A stretch of DNA of 64,000 nt. It comes from Parcubacteria bacterium GBS-2 (GTDB lineage Bacteria; Patescibacteriota; Minisyncoccia; Minisyncoccales; GBS-2). Where the stretch lies: NCBI GenBank assembly GCA_001443025.1, contig LEKP01000004.1:27560-91559 (forward strand). Direction: 5' to 3'. The notes under the pieces are model-generated. The model ran no database searches and was not told where the DNA came from. It saw nothing but the letters and a program-made list of their open reading frames with translations. The translations under genes and the position numbers were made by a program. Positions 7,408-15,947 of the stretch are shown here, piece by piece (the first letter of the stretch is position 1; every line of letters starts with the position of its first letter).

Positions 7408-10400
7408 ATGGAAATTAATTTTCCAAAACTTGAAGAGAAAATTTTGAGATTTTGGAAGAAAAATAGGATTTTCGAGAAATCGATTGAAAAGAGGAGAAAA
7501 GATTTTGTATTTTATGAAGGTCCTCCGACTGCTAATGCGAAGCCGGGATTACATCATGTATTGAGTAGAGTCTTCAAAGATATAGTTTGCCGTTATAAAA
7601 CAATGGCAGGCTTTAGAGTTTTAAGAAAAGCAGGATGGGATACTCATGGATTGCCAGTTGAATTAGAAATAGAAAAGAAAATTGGAACAAAAACAAAAAA
7701 GGATATTGAAAAATTTGGAATAGAAAAATTCAATTTTTTGTGCAAAAAATCGGTATGGGAATACAAAAAAGATTGGGAAAAATTAACTGAAAGAATTGGT
7801 TTTTGGCTAGATTTGAAAAATCCTTACATTACTTATGAACCGGAATACATTGAATCAGTTTGGTTTTTATTGAAGAAAATTTATGAAAAGGGGCTATTGT
7901 ACGAAGAACTTAAAGTTTCACCCTATTGTCCTCGATGCCAGACAATTTTGTCTTCTCATGAAGTTGCCCAGGGATACAAAAGAATAAAAGAACCTGCAAT
8001 TTATGTAAAATTTAGAGTTTTAAATCCAGAGTACAAAAATTGTTCTCTTTTAGTTTGGACGACAACTCCTTGGACATTGCCAGGAAATGTTGCAATAGCA
8101 GTAAATCCAAATTTTGATTATTTATTTTTAGAAAAAGAGGGAGAAATTTTGATTTTGGCAAAAGAAAGGACAAAGGCATTGGGAATTGAAGGAAAGGTTT
8201 TAAAAGAGGTAAAGGGGAAAGATTTAATTGGTTTGAGATACCAGTCAGTTTTTGATTTTTATCAACCAGATTTTGAAAAAGAAAGAATTTGGGAGGTTTT
8301 GGGAGCAGAGTTTGTATCTTTGGAAGAGGGTACAGGATTGGTTCATATTGCTCCTGCTTTTGGTGAAGAAGATATGGAATTAATAAAAACTCAAAACTCA
8401 AAATTCAAAACTCAAAATCAGAAGAAATTTCCGGTGATTTTGAATGTTGATGAGGAAGGAAGGTTCAAATTAGAGGTTAAAAAGTTTGCGGGCCTTTTTG
8501 TGAAAGATGCAGATTCCCTGATAATTCAAGATCTGAAAGAAAGAGGACTTTTGTTTAAAGAAGAATTATATGAACACGATTATCCATTTTGTTGGAGATG
8601 TAAAACCCCTCTTTTGTATTATGCGAAAAGAAGTTGGTTTATAAGAATGAGTCAAGTAAAAGAAGATTTAATTAAAAACAACGAAAAAATAAATTGGATT
8701 CCAGAGCACATAAAAGAAGGAAGATTCGGTGAATGGTTGAGAGAAATAAAAGATTGGGCTTTATCAAGAGAAAGATATTGGGGTACTCCTTTACCAGTTT
8801 GGAAATGCGCAAACTGTAACAATATAGAAGTAATTGGGTCGATTAAAGAATTGATCTTAAAAAACTCTTCAAAAAACGTTTATTATCTTTTCAGGCACGG
8901 ACACTCTTTAAGACAGGAAATGAAAGTTATCTCTTGTTGGCCAGAAGAAAAACCTCTCACTTTAACTGAAAAAGGAAAAGAAGAGGTAAAAAGAGCAGCG
9001 CTTGAGTTAAAGAAGGAAAAAATTGATTTGATTTTTTCCTCAGATTTAATGAGAACAAAACAAACTGCTGAAATTTTAGCCAAAGAGTTAAAGGTAAGAG
9101 TTATTTTCGATAAGCGATTAAGGGAATTTAATGTTGGAATTTTTAACGGAAAGGATCCTTCTTTGTTTTGGGAGTACATTAAGGACAAAAAAGATCCGCT
9201 TTTTGTAAAAGCGCCGAGAGGAGAAAGCTTGGCTGATGTAAGAAAAAGAATGTATGAATTTTTGAGAAATAAAGAAAAGAAGTTTTCTGGGAAAAAAATT
9301 CTTCTTGTATCTCACGAACTTCCCTTAACTATTCTAGAAGGAACCTTAAAAGGACTTTCGTTGGAAGAAATCTTGGAAAAAAGAAGAAGCGGTAAATTTA
9401 AAACCTTAAAAACTGCTCAATGGAAGAAAGTAGAATTCAAAAGTTTACCTTTCAATGAAAAAGGGGAAATTGATCTTCACCGTCCTTTCATTGATGAAGT
9501 TTCTTTTAAATGTTCAGTTTGTCAAGGCGAAATGAAACGAACTCCAGAAGTAATCGATTGTTGGTTTGATTCTGGAGCAATGCCTTTTGCTCAGTACCAC
9601 TGGCCGTTTTCTGAAATTCCAAAATCCAAGCTCCAAACTCAAAAATTAAAACCGCCAAAGTTATTCCCCGCAGATTACATTTGTGAAGGAATAGATCAAA
9701 CAAGGGGTTGGTTTTATACTCTTTTGGCTATTTCCACCTTAATGGGATTTGGCCCTTCTTATAAAAACGTTATTTCTTTAGGGCACGTTTTGGATGAAAA
9801 AGGGGAAAAAATGTCAAAATCAAAGGGAAATGTGGTTGATCCTTGGTATGTTATTCAGAAGTATGGCACCGAAGCAACAAGATGGTATTTTTTCACTATT
9901 AATCAACCAGGAAATCCCAAACTTTTTTCTGAAAAAGATGTGGCTGAAAGTTTTAAAAGATTTATTTTAACTTTTTGGAACTGTTATTTATTCTTTGATA
10001 CTTACGGAGAAAAGAAAGTTATCGCTACTTCAAGATCGAAGAATGTTTTAGACAGATGGATCATTTCGGAGTTAGAGAGTCTCATTCAAGAAGTATCTGA
10101 AAGTTTGGAAAAATACCACATTACCAAAGCAGCAAGAGTGATTGAAAAATTTGTGGTTGATGATCTTTCGTTGTGGTATATCCGTAGATCAAGAAAAAGA
10201 TTTCAGAAACCAAAAACTCAAAGAGAACTAAAAGAGGCTTCCCAAACTTTGAAATTTGTCTTTTTGAATTTATCAAAAATTTTAGCCCCGTTTTTGCCAT
10301 TTCTATCGGAATTTATTTATCAAAAGATTAAAGGATACAATTTTAAAAGTTCAAATTCTGTCCATTTGGAAAATTGGCCTAAAGTTAATGAAAAACTGAT

Positions 10401-10950
10401 TGATAAAAGGTTAGAAGAAAAGATGGAAAAAGTAAGAAACATTACCTCTTTAGCATTAGCAGAAAGACAAAAAGCAAGAATAAAAGTAAGACAACCATTG
10501 AGCGAATTACAGATTAACGAGACTCAGTTAAAAGATGAAGTAGAGTTGTTAGAGTTAATAAAAGAAGAAGTTAATGTAAAGAAAATAAGCTTTGGAGAGA
10601 AAGTTAAATTAGATACCACAATTACTCCAGAATTAAAAGAAGAAGGAATATTAAGAGAGATAATTCGGCATATTCAGGAAATGAGAAAAGAGTTAAGGTT
10701 AAAACCAAGAGATAAAATTTCAGTTGGGTATTTTGGCGAAGAAGCTATTTCAAAAATTCTAGAAAAAAATAAACAAAATTTCTTGAAAGAGGCGAGGGTT
10801 TTTGATTTAAAAGAACAAGAGGGAGAATACGATTTAGAAAAAGAAATAAAGGTCGACAACAAAAAAATAATCTTGGCAATTAAAAAGATAAATGCAAAAC
10901 ATTCCTCCACCAATTCAACCAAGACCAAAAGCCCCAGAAAGACCTCCTGA
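7408..10950 (+). CDS. ileS: Isoleucyl-tRNA synthetase (type 2-like) carrying an internal ~190 aa extra domain
   Basis: PPTANAKPGLHHV (HIGH), the editing domain WTTTPWTLPGN, zinc knuckles CWRCKTP and CANCNN, KMSKSKGN, and ICEGIDQTRGWFY. At 1180 aa it is about 150-200 aa longer than I expect for this type. Confidence 0.95.
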   Translation: MEINFPKLEEKILRFWKKNRIFEKSIEKRRKDFVFYEGPPTANAKPGLHHVLSRVFKDIVCRYKTMAGFRVLRKAGWDTHGLPVELEIEKKIGTKTKKDIEKFGIEKFNFLCKKSVWEYKKDWEKLTERIGFWLDLKNPYITYEPEYIESVWFLLKKIYEKGLLYEELKVSPYCPRCQTILSSHEVAQGYKRIKEPAIYVKFRVLNPEYKNCSLLVWTTTPWTLPGNVAIAVNPNFDYLFLEKEGEILILAKERTKALGIEGKVLKEVKGKDLIGLRYQSVFDFYQPDFEKERIWEVLGAEFVSLEEGTGLVHIAPAFGEEDMELIKTQNSKFKTQNQKKFPVILNVDEEGRFKLEVKKFAGLFVKDADSLIIQDLKERGLLFKEELYEHDYPFCWRCKTPLLYYAKRSWFIRMSQVKEDLIKNNEKINWIPEHIKEGRFGEWLREIKDWALSRERYWGTPLPVWKCANCNNIEVIGSIKELILKNSSKNVYYLFRHGHSLRQEMKVISCWPEEKPLTLTEKGKEEVKRAALELKKEKIDLIFSSDLMRTKQTAEILAKELKVRVIFDKRLREFNVGIFNGKDPSLFWEYIKDKKDPLFVKAPRGESLADVRKRMYEFLRNKEKKFSGKKILLVSHELPLTILEGTLKGLSLEEILEKRRSGKFKTLKTAQWKKVEFKSLPFNEKGEIDLHRPFIDEVSFKCSVCQGEMKRTPEVIDCWFDSGAMPFAQYHWPFSEIPKSKLQTQKLKPPKLFPADYICEGIDQTRGWFYTLLAISTLMGFGPSYKNVISLGHVLDEKGEKMSKSKGNVVDPWYVIQKYGTEATRWYFFTINQPGNPKLFSEKDVAESFKRFILTFWNCYLFFDTYGEKKVIATSRSKNVLDRWIISELESLIQEVSESLEKYHITKAARVIEKFVVDDLSLWYIRRSRKRFQKPKTQRELKEASQTLKFVFLNLSKILAPFLPFLSEFIYQKIKGYNFKSSNSVHLENWPKVNEKLIDKRLEEKMEKVRNITSLALAERQKARIKVRQPLSELQINETQLKDEVELLELIKEEVNVKKISFGEKVKLDTTITPELKEEGILREIIRHIQEMRKELRLKPRDKISVGYFGEEAISKILEKNKQNFLKEARVFDLKEQEGEYDLEKEIKVDNKKIILAIKKINAKHSSTNSTKTKSPRKTS
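8386..8420 (+). repeat. Heptanucleotide-periodic tract inside ileS (first)
   Basis: AAAACTC AAAACTC AAAATTC AAAACTC AAAATCA, encoding KTQNSKFKTQNQ. Confidence 0.85.
8866..9462 (+). other. Histidine-phosphatase superfamily (PGAM-like, branch 1) domain inserted in-frame within ileS
   Basis: Motifs in order: YYLFRHGHS (RHG), LTEKGKEEV, IFSSDLMRTKQTAEILA, DKRLREFNVGIFNG, APRGESLADVRKRMYEFL, ILLVSHELPLTIL. The insert is flanked by the IleRS segments WKCANCNNIEVIGS and IDLHRPFIDEV...VIDCWFDSG. Confidence 0.8.
9615..9656 (+). repeat. Heptanucleotide-periodic tract inside ileS (second)
   Basis: AATTCCA AAATCCA AGCTCCA AACTCAA AAATTAA AACCGCC, encoding IPKSKLQTQKLKPP. Confidence 0.8.
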
Positions 10951-11281
10951 AAGAAAACCGTCACTTTTTAACTCGAAAGGCTACATAGAGAGAAAATTTT
11001 TTGAAAGAGAATTTCGAGAAGATAAGTATTATGAAAAATGGAGAATTTCTCAAAAAGAAAGAGAAGAAATAGGAAGAACTATAGGGCAGCTTTTTGGAGA
11101 GCTAATAGGAAAGTCGGAAGAGACTAAAATACTTTCTTTGGCAGAAAGACTTCAAAAAGGAGAGTACTATTTACCTCCAGACGAAAAAATTAAAAAAGCA
11201 GCAGACGAAATTATTAAGAAATATGGTCGCGAAAAGGCTCAGGTGATTGGTAAAACTCTAAAAGAACTTCTCGGAAAATAA
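10892..11281 (+). CDS. Hypothetical small charged protein with a Pro-rich N-terminus
   Basis: 129-aa ORF that overlaps the ileS 3' end by 59 nt. No recognisable motif. Confidence 0.45.
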   Translation: MQNIPPPIQPRPKAPERPPERKPSLFNSKGYIERKFFEREFREDKYYEKWRISQKEREEIGRTIGQLFGELIGKSEETKILSLAERLQKGEYYLPPDEKIKKAADEIIKKYGREKAQVIGKTLKELLGK

Positions 11282-11284
11282 GAA

Positions 11285-12007
11285 ATGTTCCTTCGCTATC
11301 GAACTTTAGGATTTGTTTTTAAAAAGGAAGATAAAGGAGAGGCAGACCAGATTTTTAAAATTTTTACAAAAGATTTTGGAAAAGTTGAAGTCCTAGCAAA
11401 AGGAATCAGAAAAATTTCTTCAAAACTAAGGCCTCAAATCGACATTTTTTATCTTTCTGAAATTGAATTTATTCAAGGAAAAATCTATAAAAGATTGATC
11501 GGTGCTTTCTGTGTTGAAAAGTTTAAAAACTTAAGAAGAAGTTTTAAAAGGCTATCAATTGCTTATCAAACTTGCGAAGCTTTGGATAAATTGATAAAAG
11601 GAGAGGAGAAAGATGAAAGAATTTGGAAATTAATCTTGGAAGTTTTCATAAGTTTGGATAAAGAGAAATTTAAGGTTTGTAGTCTTGTTTATTTTTATTT
11701 TTTCTGGAAACTTGCTTCAATTTTAGGTCACAAACCAGAACTTTACTTTTGTTGCGGTTGCCAAAAAAGACCAGAGTTAAAGAAAGTGTATTTTAACCCG
11801 GGAGAAGGAGGTATAATCTGTCAAACTTGCTTTTCAAGAATAAAACAAGGAGAGGAGGTTAGCCAGAATTTAATTAAAATTTTGAGAATAATTTTAGAAA
11901 AAAACCTCGAGTTTCTGAAAAAAGTGAAGGCTAGAGAGAAGGTTGTTGAAGAGTTAAAGGAAATTTCAAATTCTTATTTCTTGTTTTTAACTCAAAACAA
12001 TGTTTAG
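11285..12007 (+). CDS. recO: DNA repair protein RecO
   Basis: OB-fold N-terminus (GFVFKKEDKGEADQIFKIFTKDFGKVEVLAKGIRK) and a Cys4 zinc motif CCGC...CQTC. Confidence 0.85.
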   Translation: MFLRYRTLGFVFKKEDKGEADQIFKIFTKDFGKVEVLAKGIRKISSKLRPQIDIFYLSEIEFIQGKIYKRLIGAFCVEKFKNLRRSFKRLSIAYQTCEALDKLIKGEEKDERIWKLILEVFISLDKEKFKVCSLVYFYFFWKLASILGHKPELYFCCGCQKRPELKKVYFNPGEGGIICQTCFSRIKQGEEVSQNLIKILRIILEKNLEFLKKVKAREKVVEELKEISNSYFLFLTQNNV

Positions 12008-13664
12008 ATTAATTAAAATTTTCATTTTATTTCTGGTCATTGGAGGAATTTTTCTTCTCTGGCAGTTAGAAAAAAATACTTATTCAAAAGAAATTTTGAA
12101 ACTTGAAATTCTAGGCCCGAGTGAAGTTGTTGTTGGTAAAGAAGCAGAGTTTATTGTTAAGTACAAAAATAACGGGAATTTTAGATTGGAAGAGCCAGAG
12201 TTAATTTTTGAGCCTCCTGAAAATTCCTTAAGTGGCGACAAAATTGCTAAAAGAGAGATTTTGAAAGCAGAAAAATTGGGAAATGCTATTTATCCTGGAG
12301 AAGAAAATGCAGTTTCTTTTAAATTAATGATTTTCGGGAAAGAGGGAGAGACAAAAGTGTTAAAAGCTACTTTAAGTTTTAGACCAAAAAATTTGAAAGC
12401 AAGATATTCAGTTTCTACTTCCTTTTCTACTCAGATTAGATCAGTGCCGATTACTTTTGAATTTGATTTACCTTCTAAGATAGAGGTGGGAAAGATTCTT
12501 AATTTCAAAATAGATTATTTTTCAAACGTTGAAAGACCGCTAACTAATTTAAGGGTCCAAGTAGAGTATCCTTCGAGTTTTGAATTTTTTAACTCTAATC
12601 CAAAATCCATTGATAAAACAGATTGGGAGATTCCTCTCTTGAATAAATCAGAAGGAGGAAGAATTGAAATTCAAGGAAAAATTCTTGGAGAAATTGGGAA
12701 AATTGAAATGTTTAGAGCAAAACTGGGAATTTTAAAAGAAAATCAATTCATTGTCTTGAAAGAAATTGAAAAAGGTGTTGAATTGATTAAGCCTTCTATA
12801 TTTTTAAGACAAGAGATTAACGGAAATCCTCAATATGTAGCAGTGCCTGGGGAGTGGTTACACTATACAATCTATTTTAAAAACATTGGTGAAGAAGAAA
12901 TGACGAATCTATTTTTGATTGTCAAACTAGAAGGAGAAGCTTTTGACCTTCAGACCATAAAATCTGATCTCGGAGAATGTAAGCCTGGAGACAACTCTGT
13001 GATTTTTGATTGGAGAAAAGTAACAAAATTGCAATATTTAGCTCCGACCGAAGAAGGAAAAGTTGATTTTTGGGTGAAATTAAAAGACGATCTGGGAAAT
13101 GTAAAAAATCCATATTTAAAAACCAAAGTTTTCATTTCTCACCTAAAGGAGGAATTTGTTACCAGAATTTCTTCAAAAATTGAGGTTGTTCAAAGAGGTT
13201 TTTATTATGATGAAGTGTTTGGCAACTATGGACCAATACCGCCTAAAGTAGGAGAAATAACAACTTACACTATCTTATGGCAAGTAAAAAACTACTATTG
13301 TGATGTAAAAGATGTGAAAGTTAAGGCAAAACTTCCAGAATACGTAAGTTTAACCGGGAAGATTTTTCCAGAAGAAATGGCATCCAAATTTTCTTTTGAC
13401 CAAAATTCAAGAGAAGTTGTTTGGTCGATCGGAAATTTAGAGAGAGGAAAAGGAGTTTTTTCTCAACCCTTGAGCGTTGTTTTTCAAGTTTCTTTTTTAC
13501 CGAAAGAAGATCAAAAAGGGCAAACTCCAGAAATAATTAGCGAAGTGAAGATTTCTGGTGAAGATAGTTGGGCAGAGAAACTTCTTGAAGCAGTTTATCC
13601 AGCGATAAATACTACTTTACCAGATGATCCAATGGTTAAACCGGAGATGGGAATTGTTAATTAA
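12000..13664 (+). CDS. Membrane-anchored hypothetical protein, probably with repeated beta-sandwich domains
   Basis: N-terminal TM helix (IFILFLVIGGIFLLW), then 530 aa of beta-rich sequence. Coupled to recO by an 8-nt overlap. Confidence 0.6.
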   Translation: MFRLIKIFILFLVIGGIFLLWQLEKNTYSKEILKLEILGPSEVVVGKEAEFIVKYKNNGNFRLEEPELIFEPPENSLSGDKIAKREILKAEKLGNAIYPGEENAVSFKLMIFGKEGETKVLKATLSFRPKNLKARYSVSTSFSTQIRSVPITFEFDLPSKIEVGKILNFKIDYFSNVERPLTNLRVQVEYPSSFEFFNSNPKSIDKTDWEIPLLNKSEGGRIEIQGKILGEIGKIEMFRAKLGILKENQFIVLKEIEKGVELIKPSIFLRQEINGNPQYVAVPGEWLHYTIYFKNIGEEEMTNLFLIVKLEGEAFDLQTIKSDLGECKPGDNSVIFDWRKVTKLQYLAPTEEGKVDFWVKLKDDLGNVKNPYLKTKVFISHLKEEFVTRISSKIEVVQRGFYYDEVFGNYGPIPPKVGEITTYTILWQVKNYYCDVKDVKVKAKLPEYVSLTGKIFPEEMASKFSFDQNSREVVWSIGNLERGKGVFSQPLSVVFQVSFLPKEDQKGQTPEIISEVKISGEDSWAEKLLEAVYPAINTTLPDDPMVKPEMGIVN

Positions 13665-13687
13665 AGAACTTTAAAAAGAAATAAAAT

Positions 13688-13870
13688 TAAGGTTAGCTCT
13701 TGACAAACGTTCTTTCTTAAAAATAAAATTAAAGCATGATATCCAAAATAAGAAAAATTCTTGGAGGAGGAAATGGAGGAGCCTCTCGAAGGGAGGCTAG
13801 GTTTAGGTTTGAAAATTTATAGCTTAAAAATTCAATCATTCATTCAACCTAGCCTCCCAAAAGGAGGCTA
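13688..13870 (+). promoter_or_regulatory. Copy B of the repeated promoter-plus-long-hairpin element
   Basis: TAAGGT...CTCTTGACAA (TTGACA at 13700-13705) and ATAAAATT at 13723-13730. The arms AGCCTCTCGAAGGGAGGCTAGGTT (13780-13803) and AACCTAGCCTCCCAAAAGGAGGCT (13846-13869) give 13 bp and 6-7 bp helices around an internal loop. There is a compensatory A-T to G-C change relative to copy A. Confidence 0.7.
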
Positions 13871-13871
13871 A

Positions 13872-14514
13872 ATTTGATTTATTTTAGTATTTATTGCCAA
13901 TCCAAACAATCCCACTGGTTTGTTCGAAGAAAAAGAGAAAATGCTGAACTTAGTGAAAAGATCAAAAAGCATTTTTGTTGTTGATGAAGCAGGAATTGAT
14001 TTTGAAGAAAATTATTCTTTAGTTTACGAAGCTCCCAAACTTAAGAATCTAATTGTTTTAAGGAGTTTATCTAAAGGGTATGGAATGACTGGATTGAGAA
14101 TTGGTTTTTGTGTAAGTTGTGAAAAAATAATCAAAAAATTATCCCTTTATAAAATTCCTTTTTCACTTTCGAGTGTCGCGGTAGAAGCTGGAATTTTAGC
14201 ATTAAATGATGATTTTCATTTGAAAAAAGTAAAAGAATTTTTTAAAAAAGAGAACGAATTTCTATCAGAGAATCTAAAAAAATAGGCCTTGATCCTTGCT
14301 GATTGAAAGTAATTCAATTTTAGCGAAAATAAATCCAATTTTTAGTTCAGCCAAAGAGCTATTAGAAGAATTTTTGAAACATGGAGCAAGTTGTGTAGAC
14401 GGAAGGCATTTTGGCTTACCAAAATTTATTCGAATTTGTCCTAAGGACCACCTTACCAATCAGAAATTTATTGATATAATTACTAAAATAGTAAATCAAA
14501 GGGCCAAAAAATAA
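13872..14514 (+). pseudogene. Decayed class I/II aminotransferase (HisC/CobD-like): 5'-truncated and frameshifted
   Basis: The frame opens right after the TAA at 13869-13871 and reads LIILVFIANPNNPTG, a motif normally about 90-100 aa into the protein. It contains SLSKGYGMTGLRIGF (PLP-Lys region). The frame breaks at the A7 run near 14276. The C-terminal part (SNSILAK...FIRICPKD) continues in another frame at 14296-14514. Confidence 0.8.
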
Positions 14515-14531
14515 AATAAAAGTTAAAAAAT

Positions 14532-15947
14532 ATGGAAAACCTAATGGAAAAAATAATTTCATTATGCAAAAGGAGAGGGTTCGTTTTTTCTTCATCTGAA
14601 ATATACGGCGGTATTCAAGGATTTTATGATTTTGGATCCTTGGGTGTAGAAATGAAAAATAATATTAAAAGACTTTGGTGGCAAAAAGTAGTCCAAGAAA
14701 GAGATGATGTAGTAGGTTTGGATTCTGCAATAATTCAAAATCCAAATATTTGGAAAGCCTCAGGGCATGTTGAAAGGTTTTTCGATCTTTTAACAGAATG
14801 CAAATCTTGCCATAAAAGATTTCGGGCAGACCATTTAGTTGAAGAATTAAAAAATTCGGGTAAGTTAGACGAAGTTGGTCTTTACACCGAAAAAGAAATG
14901 AAAGATATTACAAAGGTTATCGAAAAAATAAAATGTCCAGAATGTGAAGGGAAATTAATTCCTCCAAGGCAATTTAATTTAATGTTTAAAACCTTTGTGG
15001 GACCAGTAGAGGATGAAAGCACTAAAACTTATTTGAGACCAGAAACTGCTCAAGGAATTTTTGTGAATTTCAAAAACGTCCTAGAGACTCAAAGAAAGAA
15101 AATTCCTTTTGGCATTGCTCAGATTGGTAAAGCATTTAGGAATGAAATTACACCAAAAAATTTTCTTTTTAGAACGAGAGAATTTGAGCAAATGGAATTG
15201 GAGTTTTTCGTGAAACCAGGTGAGGATGAGAAATGGTTTGAATATTGGGTGAAAGAAAGGATGAGATGGTATGTAGAAGTTTTAAAAATAAGAAAAGAAA
15301 ATTTAAGAATAAAAGTTCATACAAAAGAGGAATTAGCGCATTACGCGAAAGCCTGTGTTGATATTGAGTATAAATTTCCCTTTGGTTGGGGAGAAATTGA
15401 AGGGATAGCAAACCGCACAGATTTCGATTTGAAACAACATCAAAAATTTTCCGGTCAAAACTTAGAATATTTTGACGAGAAGGAAAATAAAAATTACATT
15501 CCCTATGTGATAGAGCCATCTTGCGGTGTTGAGAGAATATTTTTGGCATTAATGTGCGAAGCATATCAAGAAATAAAAGGGGGAAGAACGAAGACAACAA
15601 AACCTACTAAAGAAGTTGAGGTTTTGCTAAAACTTGATAAGAAAGTAGCTCCCGTTAAAGTAGCGGTACTTCCTTTATTGAAAAGTAAGAAAGAATTAGT
15701 CGAGAAAGCAAAAGAAATTTACCAAACTTTAAAACCTCACTTTGTTTGTCAGTATGATGAAGTAGGATCGATTGGAAGAAGGTATAGGAGACAAGATGAA
15801 ATTGGAACTCCCTACTGTGTTACTGTAGACTTTGATACTCTAAAAGATAGTACGGTAACCATCAGGGACAGGGACACAATGGAGCAAGAAAGAGTTAAGA
15901 TCGAAGAGTTAATAAAAATCTTAAAAGAAAAATTCGAAAATGTTTAA
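14532..15947 (+). CDS. glyQS: Glycyl-tRNA synthetase (dimeric class II, GlyQS type)
   Basis: RRGFVFSSSEIYGG, YLRPETAQGIFVNF, FRNEITPKNFLFRTREFEQMELEFF, and the anticodon-binding domain PYCVTVDFDT. Confidence 0.95.
   Translation: MENLMEKIISLCKRRGFVFSSSEIYGGIQGFYDFGSLGVEMKNNIKRLWWQKVVQERDDVVGLDSAIIQNPNIWKASGHVERFFDLLTECKSCHKRFRADHLVEELKNSGKLDEVGLYTEKEMKDITKVIEKIKCPECEGKLIPPRQFNLMFKTFVGPVEDESTKTYLRPETAQGIFVNFKNVLETQRKKIPFGIAQIGKAFRNEITPKNFLFRTREFEQMELEFFVKPGEDEKWFEYWVKERMRWYVEVLKIRKENLRIKVHTKEELAHYAKACVDIEYKFPFGWGEIEGIANRTDFDLKQHQKFSGQNLEYFDEKENKNYIPYVIEPSCGVERIFLALMCEAYQEIKGGRTKTTKPTKEVEVLLKLDKKVAPVKVAVLPLLKSKKELVEKAKEIYQTLKPHFVCQYDEVGSIGRRYRRQDEIGTPYCVTVDFDTLKDSTVTIRDRDTMEQERVKIEELIKILKEKFENV

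Noticed and set aside
15581-15620. A further heptamer-periodic tract in glyQS (GRTKTTKPTKE) and one in leuS at 21155-21215.
   Set aside because: Column-wise periodicity is weak. The signal is explained by Lys/Glu/Thr-rich low complexity, so these are not counted in the family.
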